From Podarcis cretensis (taxonomy: Eukaryota): 64,000 nucleotides of DNA. Made by a program: the position numbers and the translations under genes. A model generated the notes under the pieces. It had not been told where the DNA came from and ran no database searches. It saw only the letters and a list, made by a program, of their open reading frames with translations. The stretch is from the NCBI GenBank assembly GCA_951804945.1, contig OX638155.1:57722001-57786000 (forward strand). The letters run 5' to 3'. Shown in pieces: positions 12,000 to 24,416 of this stretch; within the stretch, counting starts at the first letter, position 1, and each line of letters begins with the position of its first letter.

Positions 12000-13651
12000 T
12001 TTTAGAGATACACAGTGGCTTCGCTTTGAAAGGAGAACAGCAGAAGGGAACAGATAAGAGTAACCAAACCACTTGTGTTGGCTATCACAGTGGCTTGTGA
12101 TTCTATTACACATTCCCGGGGGGGGCATCCTGTTTTTCTGCCTGAATCAAAATGGGAAGGTCCCCCACCCCACTCAGATGAAGCCTCACTTACTGGGGTC
12201 ACATGATGGCAGTGGCTTCCGGTGAGATCTCATGGAATTCTTACTTCTCCAGCCGTGTTGGCAGGGACAGGCCAGCCCTGCATGGTTTGCTACTGGATTT
12301 TCCTCACTGGATCATGACCAATTGTCATTTAAGGGAGTAGCTGTACCCATTTCCAGCACCCAGCCTTCTAAATGCAAACCATTACAGCAAAGCCATGTTT
12401 GCAATGCTGAAAGGTCTATATAAATGCATGTTGGCTCTGCAGATGAAAACAGAGCATGACAATTTGCACCGTACATTTCAAGTTATGGGCTGTGCATACC
12501 TTGCTTCTGTATTGATGAAACATGTGCTTTGACGATAAGCATGACAAAGGCTTCTGAAACATATTTACTGTTCTGTAATCCGACAGTTGCATTGTTTCCA
12601 CTCTGCCTGTTAGCTGCACTTTTCCCAAGCACACTATCATGCATAAGGAGACTGGACAGAAGTTCCCATAGCCAACATCCCAGTATTTCCCTCCCCACCC
12701 GCAAGAAGCATAATAATTATCAGAGAAAAGGAAGGGATAATTTCCTCTCCTAAGCCACGTGCCACATCTCTAGCTGCAGTGCAGACTTCTCTACTGCATA
12801 GGCATCCTGTGCCAGATTTGCATGCGCTTGGAGCTGTGTGAAATGGCTCAGATCGAGGCAAGAATTTTCCCTGCCATCTTGTCCTCAAAGAGGTTCTTAT
12901 CCTTAGAACACATGGACCCAAGTAAGAAAAATGAATATGCTATATGGCCCTGCAGGAAACTAATAGACTTTTCTGTGATCAAACAACATAACAGATTTGA
13001 TTAGCCTGTCTACATCTGTATTCCTTTTCCAATGAAATAAAGCCCTTAATATGGGTTGCCAAACAAAATTGTCCTATTTTGCCATTCATTAAATTCAGGA
13101 CCATTCTGGATTATATCCCTTACACCCTGGAACCTTGCTGGGATTTTTCTTCTGCAGTGGATTTTTCTACCAAGCTCTGCAGTTTTTTTGTGTTCTGTTT
13201 TTGTTTTTGCTGGTGAAACAATTGATAAGTAATAAAAGGATGTTTGTACAAATTGCACTTTTAATGGAAAAGAGATGTATTGCACTGAAGTGGAAACCTA
13301 ATGCAGCTCCTCACAGCCAGGAGACAGGCTGCAGGAGTGAGAACAATAATTCTCTCGGAGAAAGCAATGCACTGTACTTTTCACTGAGTCAGTTCAGAGA
13401 ATTTCTGATGACCTGGCATCTTTTCAATGAAAGAAAGGAATGGTAGCACAGAAGATTAATGGACTGCACAGAGACGCTACAATCAGTGATGTGGAGTAGC
13501 TCAGGATTTTTTTATTTTACTCATTGGCTATACTGTGCAAGGCTGGTATCATCATCAATATTACTGAAGAGAGGGAGGGGTTGAAAGCTTTCACAAATAC
13601 GTGTTATTTTTGAATTATTTTTTTAAAAAAAGAATAACTGGAATTTAGTGG

Positions 13652-14546
13652 TAGACTTGGGCAAATCTATCAGTTTTGGTTTCTCTCATTTCTCTTTTTT
13701 TCTACCTTAAATTCATTTCTACATCAGTTTGCAATCCCCCCCTTCACAAGAAGTTTAGTTTGACTTTATCCTAATGCACACATCCTTATGTGCACCTTTG
13801 CCTAATGTACACATTTTTGTGGGAGGGGGGTTATTGGTTTGTTTTTGTTTTATTATGTTGTCATTTTGTATTTTTGTGTTGTGAACTGCCCTGTGATCTT
13901 CGGATGAAGGGCAATATACACATTTGATAAATAATAATAATTCTTGCAAAGCAATTTTGAAAAAATATAATGCATTTTGTATATGATTTCACTGATATAT
14001 GCATTTACAGTATATGCACTCTTTTGTTGTTGTTGTTGTTTAGTCGTTTAGTCGTGTCCGACTCTTCGTGACCCCATGGACCAGAGAACGCCAGGCACTC
14101 CTGTCCTCCACTGCCCCCCGCAGCTTGGTCAGACTCATGCTGGTAACCTCGAAAACACTATCCAACCATCTCGTCCTCTGTCGCCCCCTTCTCCTTGTGC
14201 CCTCCATCTTTCCCAACATCAGGGTCTTCTCCAGGGAGTCTTCTCTTCTCATGAGGTGGCCAAAGTACTGGAGCCTCAGCTTCACAATCTGTCCTTCCAG
14301 TGAGCACTCAGGGCTGATTTCCTTCAGAATGGAGAGGTTTGATCTTCTTGCAGTCCATGGGACTCTCAAGAGTCTCCTCCAGCACCATAATTCAAAAGCA
14401 TCTTTATGCACTCTTTATGCACTCTTTAGTATATGCATATTCGTACATATTACTTGGCTGAAGAACAGCATCTCAAAATTCAGACAAGTGCAGATTTCAA
14501 AAGATGGCTGTGTTTCAGTTCATGTATTGTTTTGGAAATACATGCA
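13652..14546. repeat. Unclassified AT-rich interspersed repeat, interrupted by an L2-like tail and by BovB
   Basis: atcagttttggtttctctcatttctc...cttaaattc recurs at ~33827; a related piece lies at ~23990-24260. Confidence 0.5.
14025..14402 (-). mobile_element. BovB (RTE clade) LINE, 5'-truncated
   Basis: ORF DAFELWCWRRLLRVPWTARRSN...YFGHLMRR...RGRQRTRWLD; (CAA)n tail; TSD atgcactcttt. Confidence 0.93.
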
Positions 14547-14929
14547 AAAGGTAAAGGTAAAGGACCCCTGGACAGTTAAGTCCAGTCAAAGGTGACTATG
14601 GGGTGCAGCGCTCATCTTGCTTTCAGGCCGAGGGAGCTGGTGTTTGTCCACAGACAGCTTTCCGGGTCTTGTGGCCAGCATGACTAAACCGCTTCTGGTG
14701 CAATGGAACACCGTGACAAAAACCAAAGCGCATGGAAATCCCATTTACATTCCTGCCACAGTGGTAGCTATTTATCTACTAGCACTGACATGCTTTTGAT
14801 CTGCTAGGTTGGCAGAAGCTGGGGCAGAGCAACAGGAGCTCACCCCATCACATGGATTCAAACTGCTGACCTTCTGATCAGCAAGCCCAAGAGGTTCAGT
14901 GATGTAGACCACAGCACCACCTGCATCCC
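14547..14929 (-). mobile_element. Sauria SINE (Squam1), older CpG-decayed copy
   Basis: (ACCTTT)n tail read as aaaggtaaagg; full-length similarity to the copy at 32594. Confidence 0.9.
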
Positions 14930-17722
14930 CATGTCTTCTTATTTGGTGATTAATGTGTAGATATCAGGAACCATGGGAATTATCCCAGTTCCTCCCCTCT
15001 GTGTTCCTGCTTAAATATCTGAAAATGACTTGTCAAGTGAGTAAGGTAATTTTAACTCAGTAAATAGCAGAATGAATTAAAAACACCACCAGTCCTCATG
15101 AATTGGAGACAAAAGTTTAAAAAGATATGGGAAGCCCAGAAACAAGTAAACAGAAGGAGACATTGGACAGCATATTTCAGGGCTAGGTCCACAATCCTCA
15201 TTGTGTTTGTGGAACATCTAAAAAAGGGCTATGGAGAATGGGATTACAATATGTTTTCTGCACCCCGTGATAAATCTGAATCAACTCATTGTGTTGCTGC
15301 TACCAAAGGGCATTGTACAAATGACCCAAATAAGTGACCACTTTTAGTAAAAAATGGTTGTTGTAAATGGATAGTTGAGTAACCAAGGGAGGAAGCCGGA
15401 GAAGTAGGAAGACTTGGGCTGTACTCATGTGTAATCAAGGCAGGATTCATAGAAGGGATATGAGGCATGTTCTACCTGATTGAAAATAAGTAGAATGGGA
15501 CGAGATGCTGCAACAGCGTCATCCTCCCCCACCTCACCCTTGTGCAGATGGTGACCACAGAATCCAATCAGGGATCATGTTAGGCTGCCATCTGGCTCCT
15601 CGGCTATGACATTAGTTCCATGCATGGATTCTCTGGGGTGGTTGAAAATAGGGATAAACAACTGGTCTGCTCCAAAGGAACAGGTCTATAGGGAAGGGGT
15701 CTGAACAGTTCTACCATGGTATCGTTTCAGTGAGATGAATTGGCCAGGGTTACCAATCACAGGTAAGAGATTGGTACACATGAACAATCAGCAGCATGGG
15801 TATAGGGCTCTTTCACAGTAATGCTGAACATGTGTCTGCTGGGGGCATTTGTGTTGTGTGCACTGATGTTGGGAGGCGTGGACTCAGGAATTGACTTAAC
15901 ACGTTATGGAATTTGGGTAATGAACAGAGAAAAGAGGCGTCACTGTGAAAGTGTGCTCACCGAGAGGACTATAGCCACCTGCTTACCTGGGAGTAAGCCC
16001 CACTGAACTTACCAAGGGTTACTTCTGAGTACACATCTATAGGGTTACACTGTAAAGCATTTGTATTTGAAACATATATGATAGTTCTTTGTAATGCAAA
16101 TGTATGTTTAAACGTTTTACTGGATACTTTGATGCACAGTAGAATGATCTTACGACTTCCACATCTATGGAAATTTAATTGGGGTGGTAGAATATAAGAG
16201 GTGTGCCCAAAGACATGCTCATATCCAGTGAGGGCACAATCTATGTACCCGTGTACGTAAATAGTTGAGATGTACAAATACAATAAGTATTACTTCACCC
16301 CTGAAGGCACACTCTGCCATTTGTCTCTTTAGACAGTTTCTCAAACAAACACTCATTTACACAAGCTTTTGTATGTACAGGAAACACCTTGTATTCAGTG
16401 TAATATGTGAGCTTGAGTTTGAATTCATTGGGCTGGATCAGGATAAGAGCAAGAGGAATTCTGCCTGAGCAATAGGGCTTCCCTACCTGCCTACACAATA
16501 GCCCTCTCTGTCCCTAGAGGTCACTCCTGAAGGTTAAGGGATGGAGAAATCAGAATAATTTAGTAGAGCTTCCTTTTGTGAGTACAAGACTCTTTGTGTA
16601 TAGAAGGAGAATAAAAAGCAATCATGCAAAATTATTTAATCTACTGTAGTTCTCACAAAACAGTTATATTAATATCTAGTCATATATGTATCTGTGTCTA
16701 TTGACCCATACATCTATCTATAGTGGCATACATAAACAGGAGTACACATTTAAGCATATATGGCAAAAGGAATATTGCACTGACTGATGAAATCTTGTAC
16801 AATGTAACATAAAAATTCAATTTAGCAACTGTCTTTTGAAAGTACTTCAATAACACTACTTTCTTGCTCCTAGTGAATGAGGGAATGGGTGAAATATAAG
16901 ATATTTTTGTGTAATATTTTCAGTGTTATCACTTGATCACGTCCTCTGCAATAACACATTTTTAACAAGGAAAATATGTCTTTGGAATATAAATGTTGTT
17001 ATTGCCATTTTAGGTGGAGGTCTTTTGTGAAACAAAAATATTTTCTGCTTGCATCAGGATTCCAGGTTGGCCTTCAGCAAGTGTGATACAGTGAATCGGT
17101 AAAAGCATCCTTTGGTGAGAAAGCTTATCCCTGTACAGCTTCACACTGCATAGGAAAGAGGCTGAGAGTGTTATAAATAGGGTGCTTCTCATGCATAGTG
17201 ATTTCTCTCCATGCTTCTGCAGATGTGCAAAATCAAGATTTAGAGGGCTCAGCTGATGCTTGGCAGGTTCCCCCCCCCTTTTTAAATTGCCACCCCCTTT
17301 TCTTCACTGCTCTTGATGTACTGACGCCTCTGCTTGTTCTGATGGCTGATTCAGATCACTTATTCCATCAGCCTCACACATGTGATGTTGATATAGGTGC
17401 AGGGAGGCAGGATTCTGTGATGCCAGCAAACAGGAGATGGAAACAACCAATGAAAGGTGTCTCTCAGGGAGTTCTGGCTGCTGGGGAGAGAATAAAAGAA
17501 AGCAAATTCTCGATTAGCTTCTACCTCTCTCTGAGCAGTTTGATAGACAAATTCAAAAGCACGCTTCTTTAAAAAAGAAAAGGGTTTTTGTTTTGTTTTA
17601 AAAATGAAAGATTCAAGCCGTCTGAGGATTAGTCCACCTGCAAAGGAGTAGCAGGGTTAAGCAATGGAGGACTGTAATGCCCCTGATTTTTCAGCTTACA
17701 TGCTTTAATTGTGTCTTGTGTT

Positions 17723-18794
17723 AAGACTATGAGGAAATTAAAGACCATTTTCAGAGCTTGCTGCATTATAGACAATTATATGAGATGTATAAGGAAGACA
17801 ATAAAAAAGGGTTTAGCTACACGATCTCTAGATTTCAGAAGGAGGTTATAGAAGAAGAAGCGAAGCCGCTGAAGAAAGCGTATAGTATTCTGCTAGAATG
17901 GGAAACAAAAGATGAGGAGGTCAAATCAGTTATGATCAAATGGGCACAAGATATAGGACGTAATATACAATTTGAGGACTGGGAAAAATTGTGGAAGGTG
18001 GATTTGAAATTTACAGATTGTTTTCTCTTGAAAGAAAATTATATGAAAGTGATGTATAGATGGTATATTACACCAGTACAAATGGCAAAAATGTACAAAA
18101 CCAGGTCAAATACATGTTGGAAATGTAAGGAAAAAGAAGGTACTTTGTACCATATGTGTTGGGAATGTAGAGAAGTTAATTTTGGGGGGAGATGATATAT
18201 AATGAATTGAAAATAATGTTTAAAATGACATTTGTAAAGAAGCCAGAAGCCTTTTTGTTAGGGATTTTAGGACGAGACCTGCCAAGAAAAACAAAGAACT
18301 TATTTATGTACGCGACAACAGTGGCAAGAGGCTTGTTAGCACAAGGATGGAAGAAGGAGGAAATCCCAACGAAAGAACAATGGCAAGAAAAATTGACGAG
18401 TTATGCGGAGTTGGCAAAGTTGACACATAAATTATGTGAGAAGGACAATTGTGACTTTAAGGAAGAATGGGAACTTTTTACAAACTATCTAAAAAAACAA
18501 CAAAATGATTTGAACTCCTTGCCAGGTTTTGAATAAACATCCACAAATTTATTAGTAGAATAGATGACATATAAGGCAATGATATGTACCATTTTTAACA
18601 TGTAGAGAATGATATGTACAAACAAATCAGAGAGGGGAGCTGAGGGAAGTCCTTAGGGGGTGGGAGAGGGAGGGAAGGGGTAGAATAAAAAAGGGGGGAA
18701 ATGTAATTGGTTATTTCGATTGATAATTTGTTTTGCTAAAATTGTTTAATATAAAATATATTTAATAGCAATAGCAATAGCAATAACAATAACA
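17723..18794 (+). mobile_element. L1-clade LINE, 5'-truncated (ORF2 C-terminus plus 3' UTR)
   Basis: YRWYITP...CWKC...GTLYHMCWEC CCHC knuckle; one frameshift at the G run near 18185; G-rich 3' UTR; TSD gtgtcttgtgtt (17711-17722) / gtgtcttgcgtt (18795-18806). Confidence 0.9.
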
Positions 18795-19589
18795 GTGTCT
18801 TGCGTTCTTCCTGAACTATTGACAAAATGATTAAAGGGGAATGTTATCTCCCCACCTCATCTCTCTGACTTGGAAGTATGAGAAACAAGTAATACAAATT
18901 TTGCAGGCATCTTTTCCCTCTTCTCCCAAATCCAGGCTACCTGGGTTTATTTCATTTGCTCTCATTGTTAATATATTTAAACTGCAGACTACGAGGGAGG
19001 TACGGATGCTGACTGAGGAGAGGTGTGGGTCGATTTGCTAGCAGTGTATTTTAAGCGCCAGTGAAAACAAGATACTTGCAAACACCACCAATTAACCTGT
19101 AACATTAAGCACATAATTTAAAAAAAGATGCAGTGGAAGGTGTTTGTGTATGATAGGCTATCACTATTATCTCCTAGGAAAAATACGGATAATAGCAAAA
19201 TATTCCATGTGTACTTAAAATCCCAGTTTTACATAATCCTTAATTACAGGAGATTTGCATTGCTTGCCAAAACTGGTAATGTTAATTATTTTCAAAAAGC
19301 TTTTCCCTTCAGCTCATGTTTGACTATAACTTTGAATGTCGCATCTGTGTGAAAATATACACAACATGGAGTTGGTTTTATCATTAATTGATCAATAGAA
19401 CAGTTTGGACTATGCAGAAGCATCAAACACACTGGCAAAAGCTGGCTGGAGAAGCATCTCAGATTTGAAAGGCCTGCCTGAAGGATACAGTTTTTCAAAG
19501 ACACTTGGAAGGCAGAATGGATGACTCATGCTGAACCTCTCTTGGAAAGCCATTCCATGGGGCAGGGTCTACTAAAGGGGGGAAACTTG

Positions 19590-20274
19590 GGTGTAGAACA
19601 TCTATCTTACATGCAGAAGGTCCCAGGTTCAACCCTTGACATCTCTAGGTAGGGCTGGGAATGTTCTGACACCTCTGCACCTGAAACCTTGGAGAGCTCC
19701 TACCAGTCAGTGAGTTGTGGTTCGAGGACCCGACTCCCGCTTGGAGGAATAAAGATACGAGGACACAGTATATAAGGTTAATGGGCAAGAAAAGGCCACA
19801 ACTTTATTGATTACAGCAAGTGAGAAGGTATTGGCTTAGGCATTGGACCACGGAAGATTTTGACTCCACCCCTCGAAGAGGGGTGAGTCTGAAGAGGGGT
19901 TAACCACCAGTAGGGGGAGCCTGTTGATGCTAATACAACTATAAGCTCTCCCCTGATGTCACTGAGGGTCGTGCCATGGCCCCCCACCACACGGGCATTG
20001 GACAGGATACACGACCGCCCGATTCCTTTAATGGAATACTCAAATTTGAAGGGGTAGGCGATGGCCACACCTTGCCCTTCCCACCAAGCTGCCTGATTGG
20101 GTGTTCAGCTGGGGGCGTGGCGCGCCAGCCATGTGGATGGGGCAGGGGGCGTAACGCCCCCAGCGTGATGCGGGAATTGTCTCCCGCCCACAACACCTCC
20201 CCTCCGGAAGGAGGAGAGGGCCTAGATGTCGCAATGGTCTGACATGGTATATAAGGCAGCTATCTATGTTCCTA
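19590..20274 (+). mobile_element. tRNA-derived SINE with CR1-like tail, split by an LTR-like insert
   Basis: gcagaaggtcccaggttcaac...ccagtcagtg | ctagatg..caatggtctgac...taaggcagctatctatgttccta. Confidence 0.75.
19716..20221 (-). mobile_element. Young CpG-rich LTR-like element (solo or partial LTR)
   Basis: Begins TG(TGG) on +, i.e. ends ...CA on -; minus-strand AATAAA (ctttatt ~19802); many intact CpGs; sharply interrupts a SINE; no TSD found. Confidence 0.6.
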
Positions 20275-20516
20275 AAGGCTTGGTCCTTGGTAAAGGGCAG
20301 CTGGACCTCAGAAGCTGACCTTTTGGTGGGATATTTGGAGTGCTGTCCAGTTCCAGTCCAGTTTAAAGACAAAGAAGACTAAGACAGGAGAGCAAGAGAT
20401 CTTGAAACTGCACTTCAGTTGCACTCAGATAGCAGACTGAGTATGCACACAGCTCATTTGGTCACTGTGAGATGTATTATATTTCTGATTAAATTATAAC
20501 AAACATTTCTAAATTT

Positions 20517-20960
20517 CTGTTTGTTTGTTTGTTTGATATCCTGCCTTTCTCGCAGTGCAGGACCCCAGGCAGTTCACAACACGAATTATAAGTATATGCA
20601 GCTAAAAAACACACCAATCAGTTATAAATATTAAAATAAACACAGGCAGATAAGTTACAATAATAAAAAGAGCCTTGAATCAAACCAATTTAAAACCACA
20701 ACAGGAGAAGAAAATAGGAAACAAGCATCAATAAAAGACCCTGGCTACAACAGAAAGTTAGTGGTCAAAGGTTTATCTTTGGCTGTCGGTGAGAAGGGAC
20801 CAGGCTAGAAGGGACTTCTACAATCTGGGAGCAACTGCTGAGAAGGCTCTCTCATCTTCTTACCAAATGTGCCTGTGAGGGTGGGTGGGTGGGTGGGGGA
20901 AACAAGGGAAAGGCCCCACTGAAGATCTCAAAACTAGGGCAGACTCATAAAGTGGTATAT
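20517..20960 (-). mobile_element. Degenerate L2 LINE 3' fragment
   Basis: (tttg)n tail, tatcctgcctttc...ggcagttcacaa, tctgggagcaactgctgagaaggctctc. Confidence 0.6.
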
Positions 20961-21227
20961 GTTCACAAACCTTTAGTCTTCTTGTTTGGTGATTAATTTC
21001 CTGCTTTTGGGAGGTGCAGAAGTGGTGACCCTAGGAATGCGAGAAGAGCAACCATATATTAGAAATGTTGGAATTGTCATCCTGTTTCTCTGAGGTTAAA
21101 GGCCACCTCATAAATTGTCCTCCCCACCCCCTCAACTAATGTGGATATTAATCTTCATCTAGGGAAAAAATGGGACAATGGGATCCTGAATGCTCATCAT
21201 TGTCTGAAAATCTAAAGCTTTCTAAGG

Positions 21228-21352
21228 ATCATAGGAAGCTGCCTCACACTCTGTCAGACCACTGACACCTTGGCTAAGTGTTGTCTACACTGGCAGGTAG
21301 CAGCTCAACAGGGTTTCAGACAGGGGATTCTCTCAGTCCTATCTGAAGATGC
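21228..21352 (-). mobile_element. Fragment of the CR1-tailed tRNA SINE (uninterrupted copy)
   Basis: atcataggaagctgcc...tcagaccact...gttgtctacactggc. Confidence 0.7.
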
Positions 21353-23054
21353 ATATTTACAACTGTGACAGTAAAACACAGCTGCAGAATATTGCAGTTG
21401 GTACAGTTTTCTCACTGTGACAATTGCACAAGAAAGGAAGACCCGGAAGCAAGGGGGTGCCATTGTTTTCTTTAACCCATGCATAAGACGGGCAAACACT
21501 TGCCTTTGTCAAATGATTAAAGAAAGAGTCTGCAACTTGCATGTTTGTCAACATAAACAAAATCAAATGATTGCTCAGCGGGAAGGAGCCCCAGGAAATC
21601 CAAAGATTTTATTTATTTATTTTTTTACTAATTAGGAAAATAATACTGTCTGCTTAATGATTACTTTGCACTGGCTGCTATCAAGCAATGGCAGAATGGC
21701 ACTTTCAATCTGGTGTCATGGAACATCGGACAAACTTTGACAAATCTTCTGGTATCATTTTTACAACAAGGAAGAGAAATTTAGTCTAGAAGGTTAAAGC
21801 AAAGTTGACTTTTCTATCCCATTTCCACCTGTAAAGTTTAGTTTAAAAATTACTATACTAATAAGCATCACTCATGAATTTCCATTAGCTTCTTGTCCAC
21901 TCTTAGGAATTTAAAATGATTTGCAAGAATGTAGGTAGATCACCTTCCATACTCCCTCCCCTTCTGGAGTATGCGATTACTCACTTTATTTTATTTATAA
22001 GATTTCTTACATGAGTCAAGAAACAAAAAGGTAGACCAGCAGGAGTTGGCTGTAACTCTAATTCTGACACTGATTGCTAGAGTTGTATCTTCTTGTCTGT
22101 TCATGTTTAAATATAACTTCTGTTTTAATTTTCTGTGGTGGCATTGTGTCGTGCACTTAAGCCACAAATAAAGTCAAAACAAATATTATTTATGTAAGCA
22201 AAGCATGCCCAACAACTATGGCATCATTCAGTAATTTGTTCCAGGCCAAGTCTAATCTGCTTGCCTTATTTTCTGACTGAGCCAACCCTGTCACTAGGCA
22301 GAGTGAGATGACCACCTCAGGAGACAGATGCTAGGATGGGAATGTGGACTATGCCCCTTCCCCAGTAATCTCGTGTGGAAGTGAGGTGCTCAGGTTCGCT
22401 CTGTGTACTTAGACCTCTCATGTTATCTAGGGGTAAAAAGAATATTTGTCAAGATATTGTGAATCTAAGTATGACAGGTTTCTGTGGGTTGAAGAAAACT
22501 GAAAGGGTAAACAAATTAAGATCATTTAAAGTTATCCTCACCTCTTTTCTGCAACCAGCTATATTTAACAATCATTGTAGCTAAAAGAGGGATTTTGAAA
22601 AGGCTGCTTAAGCATGAAAAGTGTGTGATTGATAAAGGCACAGATCACTATCACCTTTGAACAAGCATGTGAGCTTTGCCCAGTACATAATGGGATTTGC
22701 TAGTGCTTCATTCTATAGCACTGATGTTGAAAGGGAGGGGAAAATTAAGAACCATTAAAAATATATGGCATTTTGAATTTTCTAGTTGTCCTGCTTTCTG
22801 GTAGATACTGCTTTTTAAATAAACTGACTTATGTATGTTAAGTCTCAGAAACCTTAAAGTTATTGGGGGCAGGCAGGCAATCTCTTCAGATTATTCTCTT
22901 CTTTGCTCTTCTCTAAACCTCCTGACAAATTTACTATCATAAATAAATGGGACCCCTCCCCACAATAACTTTAGCATGGTAAGGGGAAGGACTTGGTTTA
23001 CTCAGTCTAATGATCTCTGGCAGACAAGCAGCCTGATAAGCAGCAATGACTCTC

Positions 23055-23579
23055 TGTCAGTTTTATGTATGTTTATTTACAAGAAAAACACATCCAGAGA
23101 ACGTCTTTCTGCCTGCTCACATTAACAGTAGTTGATCAGTCCCTCCCCTCAACAGGAAGGATGCCAAAATCCCGCTTTTCTTCTCCTTCCCTTTCGTTGT
23201 TCTCTGAGCTTCACCAGTCTCCTAGTACAGGGACTGAATGCCTGGCCTGCCTCCTCAGAAGACACAGCCTCAGACTCTGGCTTATCTGCTGGTTGCCTGG
23301 CAACGCTTTGGCCACCTTCCATCTCTCCCTCTCCTTGGGAACTAACAGTGTCTTCCTTTTCTAGACTCTGACAGCCAGCTCTCATCTGCAGAGTCAGCCC
23401 CTTGCTTGCTTATCTCAATTTTTGAGGCCGACTCTTCCACTGCACCCTGGGGGGCCAACATTCCTGAAACCCAGCATAGTAAGCCAAACAATGGTTTAGT
23501 GGGCCACCTCGATGTGTGGGCTCTCATAGAAGAGCTTGCAGCTGCTTTGCTCCTCTCCACTCTTTGGCTACAGCTCACA
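23055..23579 (-). mobile_element. Probable solo LTR (Gypsy-like)
   Basis: TG...CA ends, minus-strand AATAAA just inside the 3' end, purine-rich minus strand giving acidic then basic pseudo-ORFs; no TSD seen. Confidence 0.55.
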
Positions 23580-24340
23580 GTTAGGGAGCTTTTCAGATTC
23601 TAATTCCATTGGAGCAGAGCAAGATGGAAAAGTAAACTACAACATTTCATTAAATTCCAACACAAATAAACAGCAACATTGACCATTGCCTATTCATTAG
23701 ATTTAATTAGAAATAAATTAGGTCATGTTGTACGAATTAAAATTCTGTAGAATAGTTTCAGAATAAACCTTTTAAAAATAATAATAATGATGAATGAATT
23801 AACTTCCCCTAGTGTAGGATTACTTTTTATATACTCAGTTTTTGAGGTTGTTTCCAGTTTGGCATTGTCAGGAATGTATCATTAGATGCTTATAGACATT
23901 TGCAGCAACTGAGTTTATCAAGTAATTTGCAGTCCTGTTTCAACATTAAACTGTTTTTTTTTTTTTAAAGACACACACCACACAGTCATGTTTAACTATA
24001 TATGGATGTACTTTCTCACAAAATGTACATTTCTGAACTATGTTCCATCAAAGTATGCATTTCTGAAAGTATTCTATCATAAAATAAATATATTTAAAGT
24101 ATATGCATTTTTTATGCTTTTGAGCTCAGTATGGCACCACAAGATTCAGAGAAGTGAGAAATCAACAAAATGAAGGCATTTTTATTTACTCAGTGATATG
24201 GAATGTGCAGATTAGGTCAGTTCATATGGATTTGCAAAAAATGATTTTTTCAAGCAACCCTACTTATATTTCATCATTACAGTAAAAGTGTTTCCAAATA
24301 CTCTATGCTATAACATCAAAATATTCATCAAAATGGCTGT

Positions 24341-24416
24341 GATTCTGCATTGCAGGAAGTTGGACTAGATGATCCTTTGTGTCACTTATAACTCCACAAT
24401 TCTATGATTCTATGAT
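24341..24416 (+). mobile_element. CR1-type 3' tail fragment
   Basis: ctgcattgcaggaagttggactagatga...attctatgattctatga. Confidence 0.75.

Noticed and set aside
17758-18536. Two ORFs of 145 and 114 aa as a host gene
   Set aside because: Frameshifted L1 ORF2 C-terminus bounded by a TSD.
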